Shown here: piece by piece, positions 10,368 to 22,538 of the stretch
How positions within the stretch are numbered: position 1 is the first letter of the stretch
Layout of the letters: every line of letters starts with the position of its first letter
From: Eledone cirrhosa
Taxonomy: Eukaryota
Assembly (NCBI GenBank): GCA_964016885.1
Contig: OZ024741.1
Coordinates: forward strand, 21,576,001 to 21,640,000
DNA: 64,000 nt
Direction of reading: 5' to 3'
Program-made: the position numbers and the translations under genes
Notes under the pieces: generated by a model
What the model saw: only the letters and a program-made list of their open reading frames with translations
What the model was told of the DNA's origin: nothing
The model's database searches: none

Positions 10368-11976
10368 TATACAACGATGTCAGATTTGAATCCCCGACCA
10401 CCATTAACACTACACATCTAGGACTTAGCAGCACTCACAACCACAAACCCCTCGACCAACTCTTTCCGCTACACAACTATTCATCTATAACCTTATGCTC
10501 TGCAATAACAGGTAGAATTAGACATAGAGTTGCCACCTTGTGATATAACTACAATAGATTAATTATATCATATGCAGTAATGGATATTTGGCACTTGGTA
10601 TGTAGAGACATTTAATGAAATGTATGATGATGGACTATATGTGCATTTATGGTTGTATAAATAAATGATTAAATTGCACAACATAATATATGCACTTATA
10701 ATTAAATATAAAATATGATAGCATTCTACGATAGGGATGATGTTATTGCACATGTAGCAGATCTATTATGACATATTAACAGCTGTATGATCCTTCATGA
10801 CATATACCTTGTCCAGTAATGAATAGATAACAATCTAAAGAAACCTTTAATGTATGATAGTAGAATACACTATATTGTAAAATCAGGCATAAATATACAG
10901 GGTTAAGTAACAGAGATCCAATGGCATCACATTATATTGTGTATTAGAACAAAGAATTTTAATAACTGAACTGAACTTAATTAGCTAGTTACCTCCCCTT
11001 ACGCATTAGCTCCCCTTATTCACTTCCGGAAATTAACGATTGAAAATTAAACGGTTGATCAAATAGTCTATGAATATGAATTCATTAAGACTAATTTACA
11101 ATCCATTACTCTAACTAACTTAAAACACTCAATATAAACACCAACTAAAGTTTATTTCAACATATGTCATGGAAAAGTGCAAAAACTGTATGTTTCTCAA
11201 CACACATTAATTCGAACACCATCAACATCCAACACCCACCATAGACTCTAATACATTAACACAATTGCTTTAACTGCAGTATTTATACATCTATATATGC
11301 ATAATAGCTTTGCTTGTCTCCTTCTCATGTATATGACTTACGCAGTCACAATATCCACACGCCTGCATATGAATTGTTATCGCACTCTTCCTTTCTCAAA
11401 ACTGCTTCCTCAATGCCTCTTTAATATTTGGACTGTTCCCTTGTTTTAACTGTTGCATGTATTCCACTCCGTGCTTTTGATTTTGATTTTAATTTAATTG
11501 CGATTTTAATTTGAATTTTAACTTGAATGCTTGTACAATTATTGTACAATTCTCGTAAAATATATGTCGCATCCATTCCACCCTGTAAATACGAAACTGT
11601 TGCTCACAAAATCAATTTATATGTATCTATATTATTGTTCAGTTGAATAGGAGGTGAATTATATGTGCAAACATTGATACCTTCCAACGTATATATATAC
11701 ATACTACTGTACGTCTGTATACATATATGTATGTACGTATACATACTTATATTTAAGTAACAGCCGTACTAAGAGTGAGAAATGAAATTTCGTTTCATTT
11801 TTTCCGTATATATATATATATTGAGTGTTTCCGTAGGAAAGGTAAAGGAAGGGAGAGTGCTCTATGTAGGTTACAGAGCTATATAGTTATGTAATAAACA
11901 ACATAAGACAATTATTCCATTTACCAATAAATGGAATAATTGTCTTATGTTGTTTATTACATAACTATATATATAT

Positions 11977-12188
11977 AACAACACATCACCTGTTATTTCT
12001 TCCTTGTTGCGCCAACAGTGGCCAGCAAATCTGAGTCTCTGTCCACGTATTGACCTGCTGATAGGTGGTATATTGCCATAGAGATACTGGATGCACTGCA
12101 GAAGAACTGGCAAACGCTCTGAGAGACAGAAATGGATGGAGGAAACGTGTCGTAGAAAGCCGAGCAAGCTCGACCTGATGATGATAAT
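11977..12188. mobile_element. Short RTEX-like LINE 3' end with 5' inversion
   Basis: The minus-strand piece LYGNIPPISRSIRGQRLRFAGHCWRNKEEITGDVLL joins at ~12081 to the plus-strand piece DTGCTAEELANALRDRNGWRKRV, followed by a (TGA)n tail. Confidence 0.7.
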
Positions 12189-12204
12189 ATATATATATAT
12201 ATAT

Positions 12205-12370
12205 ATAGGAACAAGTATGACCCCGACGGCAGAGCTCTAGCCGTTTCGACGGTTGGAAAAGGTCGAAACGGCTTGAGCTCTGCCGTCGGAGTCATACTTG
12301 TTCCTATTACCCTAAGTATTGAGTACTTTGGTGCGTTTGGTCCATCTGGTTCCTTACCACATTTCCTTCG

Positions 12371-12373
<3 letters not shown>
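12205..12373 (+). mobile_element. Hairpin/half-hammerhead element, copy B
   Basis: Inverted repeat at 12205-12307 plus tail, with (TA)n on both sides. Confidence 0.85.
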
Positions 12374-12414
<41 letters not shown>

Positions 12415-12416
<2 letters not shown>

Positions 12417-14684
12417 CGCTGATAAGAAGGTAGCTTGGAAGTGTCACTACGAAAGGCTACTAAATGAGGAGAATAAATGGGAGAAAGGCAGTCTCCCCAC
12501 ATCGATCCAATAGAGGGACCAGCAGTGTTAGTCGAAGGTAGTATAATAAGTAAGGCAATCAAAGATATGAAGACGGGTAAGGCGGCTGGGCCTTCGGAAA
12601 TAGTTGCTGAGATGCTGAAAGCCTCCGGTACGGTGGGACACACCATGGTCACCCGGATAGTAAACCAAGTCATACAGAATGGGGTTGTTCCGAAGGACTG
12701 GCGTAGCAGCATCATCGTTAACTGTTACAAGGGTAAAGGAGACGCCCTAGATAGGAGTAACTATAGAGGCATTAAATTAATCGACCAGGTCATGAAGGTC
12801 ACGGAAAAAGTAATAGCGCAACTAATCAGAGAGAGAATTGATCTAGATGAAATGCAGTTCGGGTTTGTGTCAGGCAAAAGTACCACAGACGCTCTTTTCA
12901 TTGTACGACAACTACAGGAGAAGTACCTAGCTAAAAGTAAACCCCTATACTTAGCTTTTGTCGACTTGGAGAAAGCCTTCGACAGAGTCCCCCGTTCCAT
13001 TATCTGGTGGGCTCTTAGAAAACTAGGCGTTGACGAATGGCTTGTGAGAGCCATACAAGCCATGTATAAAGAAACAGTCAGCAAGGTTAGAATTAACAAC
13101 GAATATAGTGAAGAGTTTAGCGTAAAAGTTGGTGTCCATCAGGGCTCTGTTCTTAGCCCCCTACTATTTATTATTGCCCTTCAGGCTATAACAGAGGAGT
13201 TCAAGACCGGCTGCCCATGGGAACTCCTATACGCAGATGATCTAACGCTCATAGCTGAATCAATGGCCGAGCTAGAGAAGAAATTCCAAACATGGAAGCA
13301 CGGCCTAGAATCAAAAGGCCTTAAAATTAACCTGGCTAAGACTAAAGTTCTAGTTTGTAGGAAAGAAAATAAGGCGCCGGTCCCCTCCGGGAAATGGTCA
13401 TGCTCAGTGTGTAGGAAAGGCGTAGACAGAAACTCCATTTTATGTCCCAAATGCAAAGTATGGGTGCATAAAAGATGTAGTGGGATCACACGTAAGCTAA
13501 CTAAGAACACAGATTTTACATGTGGCCAGTGCTCTGGGGCAATAAGTAGCAGCAAGTGCCCACAAAACACTAACTCTTTCAATTGCGCAGAGGGTTCTAT
13601 AGAAATAGTGGACAGCTTCCGTTACCTGGGTGACAAAATCAGCAGTGGGGGAGGGTGCTCTGAAAGTACAGTAGCTAGAGTCAGAACTGGATGGAAAAAG
13701 TTCAGAGAGCTTATACCACTATTAGCCGCTAAAGGGTTCTCCCTAAAAATGAAAGGCAGGTTGTATGATGCCTGCATACGAACAGCAATGTTGCATATGG
13801 CAGTGAGACCTGGGCATTGTGTGCAGAGGATATACGCAGACTAGAGAGGAACGAAGCTTGCATGCTCCGCTGGATGTGTAATAGTAATATACGTGAACGG
13901 CAAAGCATAAACGAACTAAGGAAAAAATTAGAAATAAGAGGGATCAGATGTTGTTTACTCGAGAGAAGGCTACGTTGGTAAGGTCACGTGATGCGCATGA
14001 AAGACGACAGCTGTATAAAAAAGTGCAGGGCAATAAAGATAGATGGTAGCCATGGAGTAGGCAGACCCTGGAAAACCTGGGACGAGCTGATAAATTCCGA
14101 CCTCACACACTTACACCTCTCCAAGACAATGTCACTGGACCGAGACCTTTGGCGGTACTCAGTAACAGAGAAGACCCGCCTCACCTAAATACAAAGTAAA
14201 ACCTACTAGTCAGTAGGCATCTCTAACAAAATACACCCCCGTCCCACCCCATCCACACCGCCCCCTTCAATGCAAAGTTATGTTGGTGCCACAACATCCA
14301 GGCCGAAACAAACGAGATCGTGTAGGTGTCACGACAAAAAAAACACACAGTCCACGCTGTAATGTGACCGTGTAGGCAACACGGTAAAAACCTCACAGTC
14401 CCACACTGTAAATGTGGTTGGTGTTAGAAAGGGCATCCAGCTGTAGAAAACACGCCAGACAGTCCACACTGTAATGTGGCCGTGTAGGCAACACGGTAAA
14501 AACCTCCCAGCCCCTCACTGTAAATGTGGTTGGTGTTAGGAATGGCATCCAGCTGTAGAAAACCCGCCAGACAGTCCTATGCGAGCAAGACAACCACTCT
14601 TGCCCCAAGTGGGAAAACCCCCGTCCAAACCCATGCAAGCGTGGAACAGGGACGTTAAACGATGATGATGATGATGATGATGAT
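12415..14684 (+). mobile_element. 5'-truncated RTE-clade LINE with PHD-like finger and (GAT)n tail
   Basis: RT motifs NYRGIKL, QFGF, FVDLEKAFD, GVHQGSVLSP and YADD, then a Cys/His finger, a frameshifted C-terminus with GHVMRM..GRP, a 3' UTR with ~112-bp internal duplication, and (GAT)8 at 14661-14684. Confidence 0.95.
12477..14188 (+). pseudogene. RTE reverse transcriptase ORF, frameshifted near 12495 and 13795, stop near 13980
   Basis: ORF track entries 12477..13844 and 13988..14188 are collinear with the copy at 17648-18889. Confidence 0.9.
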
Positions 14685-14685
14685 A

Positions 14686-15209
14686 AGGCATAGGTAAATT
14701 ATAACGTTCGGGAAAGTGAAAGTCATTTTTATGACAAGTGAATGTGTTTGTTTTTTAGAATTGCGTGTGTGATTATTTTTTCTTTTTATTTTTTTGTGTA
14801 TTGTGTGTACGGAAAATGACTGTGTGTTGAAACAAATACATTTTTTAAAAATAACTACATAGTTAGACGTTTGTTGCATATAACAGACAGAAAGTTGGTG
14901 CCAACTTTGGCAAGATATTACAAAAACATCTAAACGATGATGATGACACAAACACATATATATATACAAACACACATATATATATACATACAGACACACA
15001 TCTATATACACACATATACACACCCACACATATATATATAAGAGAAAATAATCACACACGCAATACTAATTAACACCATATCACTATAGAGACCTGTTGT
15101 AAATAAACAAACTGTATCGTAACTTTCAATGTAAAAAAAAACAAAAAACACATTCACTTGTCAGAAAATTGACTTTCACTTTCCCGAACGTTATAATTAA
15201 CCTATGCCT
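14686..15209. mobile_element. Non-autonomous DNA transposon (MITE) with ~70-bp terminal inverted repeats
   Basis: aggcataggtaaattataacgttcgggaaagtgaaagtca..tgacaagtgaatgtgttt is mirrored at about 15140-15209. Confidence 0.85.
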
Positions 15210-15424
15210 ATATTGAAATATATATATATATATATCGTATTCCAGCTGGTTGTGGTGGGGCTGATAACGTTGTTAGAACTCGATGTGTCATTGGAAAGAT
15301 GGTTGCAGCAATATTAGGCAGTGTAACCAGTAGTTCTTGTGGTAGGTGATCACCGCTTAAGGTTTCATCGAAGAAGATCCATCCAGGCTAGAGTCATATA
15401 TATATATATATATATGTTTGTGGA

Positions 15425-15612
15425 TAGAACAATGGAAACAGAACTGAGGTAGAGTGTTAGTTCATTGTTTTATCGTTGAGGGTCGATTGATCGCGGGAAA
15501 TCTATGTATCGACTAGCATGGTAGTGGTTAAATTACTACCTTTGAAACGATCGTAAAACAATGATCTAACTAACTAACTACGCCTGACTCTGTTTTTTTT
15601 TTCAGTGTTCTA
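15425..15612 (+). mobile_element. Diverged inverted-repeat element containing a hammerhead 3' half (GAAAC-GATC-GTA)
   Basis: Arms tagaaca..aaacaga..gtag..gttag.tcattgtttta and taaaacaatga.ctaac..ctac..tctgttt..tgttcta, flanked by (TA)n. Confidence 0.5.
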
Positions 15613-15655
15613 TACATATATATATATATACACACACACACATATATACATATAT

Positions 15656-15743
<88 letters not shown>

Positions 15744-15835
15744 GTATAATAGGTATAAAGCGAAGTTGTAGCTGCAGTAGAGCATATATATATATATGTG
15801 TGTGTGTGTGTATATATATATATAAATACAAATAA

Positions 15836-16034
15836 AAATTATCGAGAATCGCATTTCGGCCCACAAAATAACGAAAAACAACCTCCGAGATGTGTGGCAA
15901 GTGCTCAATGATTCAGATGAACCAGAGCTATAACAAACGTTAAAGGCCAAACACACTGAGACGATGGTTAAACAATCATTCGCATAGCCAAACAAACGAT
16001 CAAGTAATTCGGGTCAAACAAATAAAAAATATCT

Positions 16035-16035
<1 letters not shown>
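15836..16035 (+). repeat. Unclassified dispersed repeat, homologous to 24134-24330
   Basis: Shared blocks atcgag.atcg, tccga.atg.gtggca..gctcaat.attcagat.aa.cagagctataac and attcgggtca. Confidence 0.7.
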
Positions 16036-16106
<71 letters not shown>

Positions 16107-16306
16107 CACACACATCCTGTTGGTGCGTTTATCCAATGCTTGAGGTGATAGAAAATGTTTAACAATTGATACAGTAAAGTAAAATCCGGATTCTACGTAA
16201 GTTAATGGTAGACTGGGAAAGAATTAGTCAATAGAATATTTCAGATCAATTATAGTGGGGAGTGTAGAATCAATTATTTTAGTCATTGTACTTCGTTATA
16301 CGAGTG

Positions 16307-16385
<79 letters not shown>

Positions 16386-16388
16386 TAC

Positions 16389-16570
16389 AGGAAAATGTAT
16401 GACCCTGACGGCAGAGCTCAAGCCGTTTCGACGGCTATTTCTGAGTCGAAACGGCTTGAGCTCTGCCGTCGGGGTAATACATTTTCCTATTACCCACTTT
16501 ACTACCCTAAGTATTTAGTTCTCTTGTGCGTTATGGTCCATCTGGTTCCTTCCACAACTCCTTCGTTTTA
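16389..16570 (+). mobile_element. Hairpin/half-hammerhead element, copy C
   Basis: Inverted repeat at 16389-16490 plus tail, with (TA)n flanks. Confidence 0.85.
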
Positions 16571-16577
16571 TATATAT

Positions 16578-17335
16578 ATCATCATCATCATCATTTTACG
16601 TCCACTTTTCCCTGCTTGCAAGGGTGGGACGGGTCTTATTCAGCACAGCATCTCTCCACTCGTCACAGTCCCTCGTTATCTCCACCGTGAGCTTCAATGA
16701 TCTGAGGTCTGTTCTCACCACCTCCGCCCATGTTTTTCGTGGTCTACCTCTACCACGTCTTCCTTCAACTGGCAATTCCTGGCACTTATTCACCCATCGG
16801 TCATCCTCCATGCGCATCACATGTCCATACCACCTCAGTCTCCTCTCCCGTACACTACATTCTATCCCTCTCAGACACAGTTTCTCTCTCAACACATTCA
16901 TGCTGGGTCGTTCACGCACATCCAACGGAGCATGCTTGCCTCATTTCTCTCCAGCCGTCGCATATCCTCTGCAGTTGCTGCCCAAGTCTCACTACCATGC
17001 AGCATCACGCTCCTCACACAGGCATCATACAACCGGCCTTTCGTACGCAGGGAGAAACACTTCGTCAGTAGAGGAAGCAGCTCCCTAAACTTCTTCCAAC
17101 CCGTCCTTATTCTAGATACTATGGCCTCGGAACACCTTCCTCCCAGGCTAATCTAATCTCCTAGGTACCGGAAGCTATCCACCACTTCTATAGCGCCCTC
17201 CTGCATTTGAAAAATGTGTCTATCAATGCGACTTCTACTGTCTAATTTCCCTGTACATCTACTGCATACATATTTCCTTCTACCTGTTAGTTTGCCTGCT
17301 ATCCCGCTACATCTCTTGTGTACCCAGGATCTGCA
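16578..17335 (-). mobile_element. RTE LINE 3' fragment (related subfamily, short 3' UTR)
   Basis: WVHKRCSG..YVCSRC..VDSFRYLGD and RERRLRWYGHVMRM..GRGRP on the minus strand, with a (GAT)n tail at 16578-16594. Confidence 0.9.
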
Positions 17336-17342
17336 TATATAT

Positions 17343-19346
17343 ATCATCATCATCATCATCATCACCGTTTTACGTCCGTTCTTCCACGCTAGCATGGGTT
17401 AGACGGGTTGTCCTGTTGTGGGCAGTGTCTGGTCGGCTGACCATGCCTTGCTCATACAGGAACTGATCTGGCTTGATTTCTACAGCTGGATGCCCTTCCT
17501 AACACCAACCTCATTTACAGTGAGTGCTGGGTGCTTTTTCGTGGCGCCTACACGTCCACTTTACAGTGTGGGCTGGGTGCTTTTTTGCCGTGGCACCTCC
17601 ACGACCACCTTGCTGTGGGGTGTGTGGGGGCATATTGTTTATATGCTTCAGCATGTACCCATGGGAGGTCGGGTACCCTGTATTACTGCGTGACGCCAGA
17701 AGTCACGGTCGTGTGTCATTGACTTTGAGAGGTGTAGTTGGGTAAGGTCGGCTTTTATCACCTCATCCCAAGTCATCTTGGGTCTCCCCACTCCGCGGTT
17801 TCCATCAACTTCTAGTGCTCTGCACCTTTTTATGCAGCTGTCATCCTTCATACGCATCACATGTCCATACCAGCGTAACCGCCTCTCTTGCACGCAGCAT
17901 TTGATTCCTCTTATGCTCAGTCTCTCTCTCAATTCCTTTATGCTTTGTCGTTCACGTATATTACTGTTACACATCCATCGGAGCATGCAGGCTTCGTTTC
18001 TCTCTAATCTACGTAAGTCTTCCACCTTCAGCGCCCAGGTCTCACTATCATGCAACATCGCTGTTCGGATACACGCATCATACAGTCTGGCTTTCATTCT
18101 GAGGGAGAAGCCTTTTGCAGCTAGCAGTGGTAGTAGTTCCCTAAACTTCTTCCATCCCGTTCTTACCCTAGTTATTGTACTTTCTGAGCACCCACCTCCG
18201 TTGCTAATTCGGTCACCTAGGTAGCAGAAGCTGTCTACTGTTTCTACAGGGCCCTCCCAGAGATTGGTGGTACTTGTTTCCTGTGGCTGTTTGCTTGCTG
18301 TTTCAGCACAGCTGCTGCATGTGAATCCTACATTCTTAATTAAGCTTCCTGAGATCCCGCTACATCTCTTGTGTACCCATTGTTTGCATTTGGGGCAGAG
18401 AATGGAGTTCCTACCTACACCTTTCCTACATACTGAGCAAGGCCATTTCCCTGAGGGGATCTGGGTTCTGTTTTCTCGTCTACTTATAAGGACCTTAGTC
18501 TTTGTCATGTTGACTTTGAGGCCCTTTCTCTCTAGTCCCTGCTTCCAGGTTTGGAATTTATTCTCTAGTTCTACCATAGATTCAGCTATGAGTGCGAGGT
18601 CATCAGCATACAGGAGTTCCCATGGGCATCCGGTCTTAAACTCCTCCGTTATTGCCTGCAGGACTATGATGAACAGGAGAGGGCTAAGAACAGAGCCCTG
18701 GTGGACCCCAACCTGTACGCTAAATTCCTCGCTATACTCATTGCTAATCCTAACTTTGCTGACTGCTCCCCAATACATGGCTTGTACCGCTTTCACAAGC
18801 CATTCATCTACTCCTAGTTTTCTAAGAGCCCACCAGATTACTGCACGTGGAACTCTGTCAAAGGCTTTCTCAAGGTCGACAAATGCCAAGTAGAGTGGCT
18901 AAGAGGGCATCAGTGGTGCCTTTCCCTGGTACAAACCCAAATTGCATCTCGTCTATATTCACCCGGTCCCTAATCAGCTGTGCTATAACTCTTTCTGTTA
19001 TTTTCATGACCTGGTCCATCAACTTTATACCTCTATAATTTCCTCTATCTAGTGCATCGCCTTTACCTTTGTAGCAGTTGACAATGATGCTACTGCACCA
19101 ATCTTTTGGTATGGCCCCCTCTAGTATTACCTGGTTAACGATACGTGTGGTTATAGTGTGACCTACAGACCCAGATGCCTTCAACATCTCGGCAGCTATA
19201 CCCGATGGGTCGGTTGCCTTCCCTATCTTCATATCTCTGATTACCTTACTTACTACGCTGCCGCTGACTTGTACTGCTGGTCCCTCTATAGGGTCTACGT
19301 GGGGTAGGGTCTCTTCTTCCCATGCATTCTCCTCATTTAGTAATCT
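17343..19346 (-). mobile_element. 5'-truncated RTE LINE, same family as 12415-14684
   Basis: ORFs 18870..19232 and 17648..18889 are separated by a deletion/frameshift. They contain YADD and the PHD-like finger, and there is a (GAT)n tail at 17343-17364. Confidence 0.95.
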
Positions 19347-19357
19347 ATCACATATAT

Positions 19358-19539
19358 ATAGGAAAAAGTATGACTCCGACGTCAGAGCTCAAGCCGTTTC
19401 GATGGCTATTTCTGGACTCGAAACGGCTTGAGCTCTGCCGTCGGGGTCATACTTTTTCCTATTACCCACTCTACTACCCTAAGTATTGAGTACTCTGGTG
19501 CGTTATGGTCCATCTGGTTCCTTACCACAATTCCTTCGT

Positions 19540-19541
<2 letters not shown>
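19358..19541 (+). mobile_element. Hairpin/half-hammerhead element, copy D
   Basis: Inverted repeat at 19358-19462, gaaacggc-ttgagctct-gccgtc at 19420-19442, then tail and (TA)n flanks. Confidence 0.85.
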
Positions 19542-19578
<37 letters not shown>

Positions 19579-19619
19579 AAATGTATATATATATATGTAT
19601 ATATATATATATGTATATA

Positions 19620-20786
19620 TGGGTTGATTATAAGATTCTACTGAAAAAACTATCCAATGTTGGTGTCTCTGGAAGGTTACTACTGTGGATCAAATGTTTC
19701 CTGACAGACAGAGCCCAACATGTTGTAGTCGAAGGAGTAAAATCAAGCCCTGCCAAAGTCAGCAGTGGCGTCCCACAAGGTACTGTGTTGGGTCCACTTC
19801 TTTTCATTATCTACATTAATCATCGCAGATGATTCCAAGCTCCAAAGGGTCATCAATGAGGTGGGTGACCGGACTTACCTTCAGTCAGACCTAATGGGCG
19901 GTAAAGAATAATATGCTGTTGAAGGAGGATAAGTTTGAATTAATCCACTTTGGAAAAAAGGATGCCCTGAAACTACCATACTCTCTTCCTTCGGGTGAAA
20001 CTCTAGTGGCATCCAATAACATCAGAGACCTGGGAGTAATTGTGGACAACAATATAAGCTGGGCCACTCATATAAACAGCAAAGTTGACATGGCCCGCAG
20101 AATACGTTCCTGGATTCTCAGAACCTTTCAGTTGAGAGATATCCACGCTGTTATCCTTCTCTTCTCCACTTTTGCCCGACCCCACCTTGAATACTGTTGT
20201 CCACTGTGATCTCCCCACACGAAACAAAGTATCATGAAAGTCAAAGCCCCCCAAAGATCGATTACAAAAAAGATAGATGGCATGACAGGCCTTGACTATT
20301 GGAGTCGATTAGAAAAGCTCAAACTTTATTCTCTTCAACGTCGCCGTGAGTGCTACATTATCTGTATGATGTGGAAAATATTCCATCAGCTTTGTTCAAA
20401 TGATGTTGGCATCACCTTTAGTGTACACCCAAGGCTTGGGCCCCATGCTATACGCCCACGACTAAAATCTCACTCGCATCTCCTAACAGCAATACGGCAC
20501 AATTATTTCACCTCAATTGGCCCCCCTCTCTTTAACATTACACCAAAACACATCAAAGCAGAAACAGGCCCCATCAAGTTCAAGAAGTCTTTGGACAAAT
20601 TCCTTCAAGAAATCCCGGATAAGCTTCTTACACTCGGATATGCCTCCGTAAACAATAACTCTCTGCTCAAGTGGGCCATGGTGCCCAAACCCTGATTTGT
20701 AAGACTTCGCCAGGTGGTGCTATTAAGTTAAACATGGCCTGGGCCAATACTGGCTGAAACCTATCAAAGTCAAAGTTATCAAAGTT
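19620..20786 (+). mobile_element. CR1-group LINE, 5'-truncated and degenerate
   Basis: [49 protein letters not shown] and FKKSLDKFL. The 3' end has short tcaaag repeats. Confidence 0.85.
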
Positions 20787-21212
20787 TGTATATAAGATAG
20801 ATAAAATCCGTACATGCATACATACTTAAATACGCTCACATATGTGTATGTATGTATGTATGTATGTAAAAAAAAGTTTCCATCTCATTTAGTGACACCC
20901 ATACATACGACATCCCCCCCCCCTCACACACGCGCAAACACTCATGCATACAAACAAACACACACACGCCACTCACTTACGCACACATACACATATATAT
21001 AAAAAGGAGCTTTAGATCGGACAACACACACTGTCTATTTCGGGGGGTGGGGTGGGGTAAGTTTTGCTTAACTTTTGTATTCTCAAACATGCAAATTCGA
21101 CAAAATCTTTGCCCCACTAGACTCTGCAAATAACCTGACAGAATTAGTGAAAGTTGCATAAATATATTTATTTATTTTCCCAATGCAATCGTTGTTTACA
21201 TTTTATTTACAC

Positions 21213-22110
21213 TCTAATGGTTAGGTCTTTCCATGACGACATGAAGTCTTGGGTTAATGTCAGAGGTAACATGTCGGAGCGTATCTCAGTAAAAGATGGA
21301 GTGAAACAGGGGATATTCCAGCACTGACCCTGTTTGCCATATACTTTGCGATGGTTTTCTGTATTGCATTCAGGAATTGCAAGCATGGTGTTTACATCTA
21401 CTATCGAACCTCTGGTAGCATATTTAACATCAGGCGCTTTGCTGCAAAAATGAAAGTATTTACCTCTATCATAAGAGACCTCTTGTATGCAGATGATTGC
21501 GATCTTGTAGCGCACACAGAGAGTGATATGCAGCACATTTTGTATGCATTTTCTGATGCTTGCACTGTCCTAGGATTGACTGTCTGTCTCAAGAAAACCG
21601 TTGTTATGTACCAACTTGCCCTTGGTAAATAGTACAGTGAACCAAATATCTATGTGTATGGTAAACGACTTGGAGTGGTTGATGAGTTTGTCTACTTGTG
21701 AAGCACTGTCAATCGATACAGCAATCTTGATAATGAAATTCCACTCAGGATTAGGAAGCGAGACATATGCAAGAAGACAAAGGTAAAGGTGTACAAGGCA
21801 TGTGTGCTCTCTTCTCTTCTTTATGCCTGCGAGACCTGAGTCACATATCGATACCACCTTAAACAGTTGGAACGTTTCCATCAGATGTGTCTCAGGGACC
21901 ACATCAGTGATGTCGAGATTTTGGAAAGCTCTCTGTGTGAAAGTATAGAAGTTCTTGTGCTTAAGCAAAGACTCCGATGGAGTGGTCACCTTGCTAGGAT
22001 GAAGGATTCTAGAATACCAAAACAACTCTTTCATGGAGAGTTAGTTAAAGAAAAACGACCTCCACATAAACCAAAAAAGAGGTCTAAGGATTCGTTGAAA
22101 GCCTCTTCAA
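21213..22110 (+). mobile_element. RTE/BovB-like LINE fragment, degenerate
   Basis: GVKQG, RDLLYADDCDLVAH, LERFHQMCLR and RLRWSGHLARMKDSRIPKQLFHGEL. Confidence 0.85.
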
Positions 22111-22489
22111 CAAAATATATACCCCCCCCCCCCCTCGAGCTCTATTTATTGCTAACACTGTCTACTGGGTTTTGGCTGCACACAGTTCTTCGTTCTTTTC
22201 GTCTTTTTTCGTTGGTACCTTTTTCTAGCAAACACGACGACTGGCAAACCCTTCAAGGAACTCATATATATGCTGGGCACAGGCATTAGGACGTGTGTTT
22301 TCCTGCCAGCGACATATTAAACATATCGATTTTCATCTGAGGATACCGTTCTCATAACAACAGCAAATGCATGCAGGACATCTCGATTGCATGGAGAACC
22401 GTGGAAATAATTATTATGATTAAACGATATATGTAACCTCAGCATCTTATTTTGTTATATATATATATATATTAAAATAACAGATTAAA

Positions 22490-22538
22490 GTTTAAGCAAA
22501 GAATCGTTGCTTTCACCCTTAACGGGATCTTCTGAAAC
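22490..22538 (-). ncRNA. Type I hammerhead-like fold with CAGAAGA core
   Basis: Reverse complement: gttt-CAGAAGA-tccc(gttaa)gggt-GAA-agcaa(cgattct)ttgct-T-aaac. A second copy is at 32406-32454. Confidence 0.55.

Larger units (their letters stand above)
7630..11679 (+). mobile_element. Penelope-like retroelement (Naiad-type), about one full 4-kb unit, disrupted
   Basis: A 41-bp direct repeat tcagttgaataggaggtgaattatatgtgcaaacattgata occurs at 7630-7670 and 11639-11679. A hammerhead-like motif follows the 5' copy, then an RT plus GIY-YIG reading frame and a ~1.3-kb 3' UTR. Confidence 0.9.

Noticed and set aside
9588-11640. Selenocysteine-encoding Naiad with SECIS
   Set aside because: The conserved Cys codons are TGT/TGC, and I could not see a convincing SECIS by eye.
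12761-18893. Long antisense ORFs over the RTE copies (e.g. 18264..18893, 13181..13582)
   Set aside because: They are shadows of RT codon usage with no recognisable motifs.
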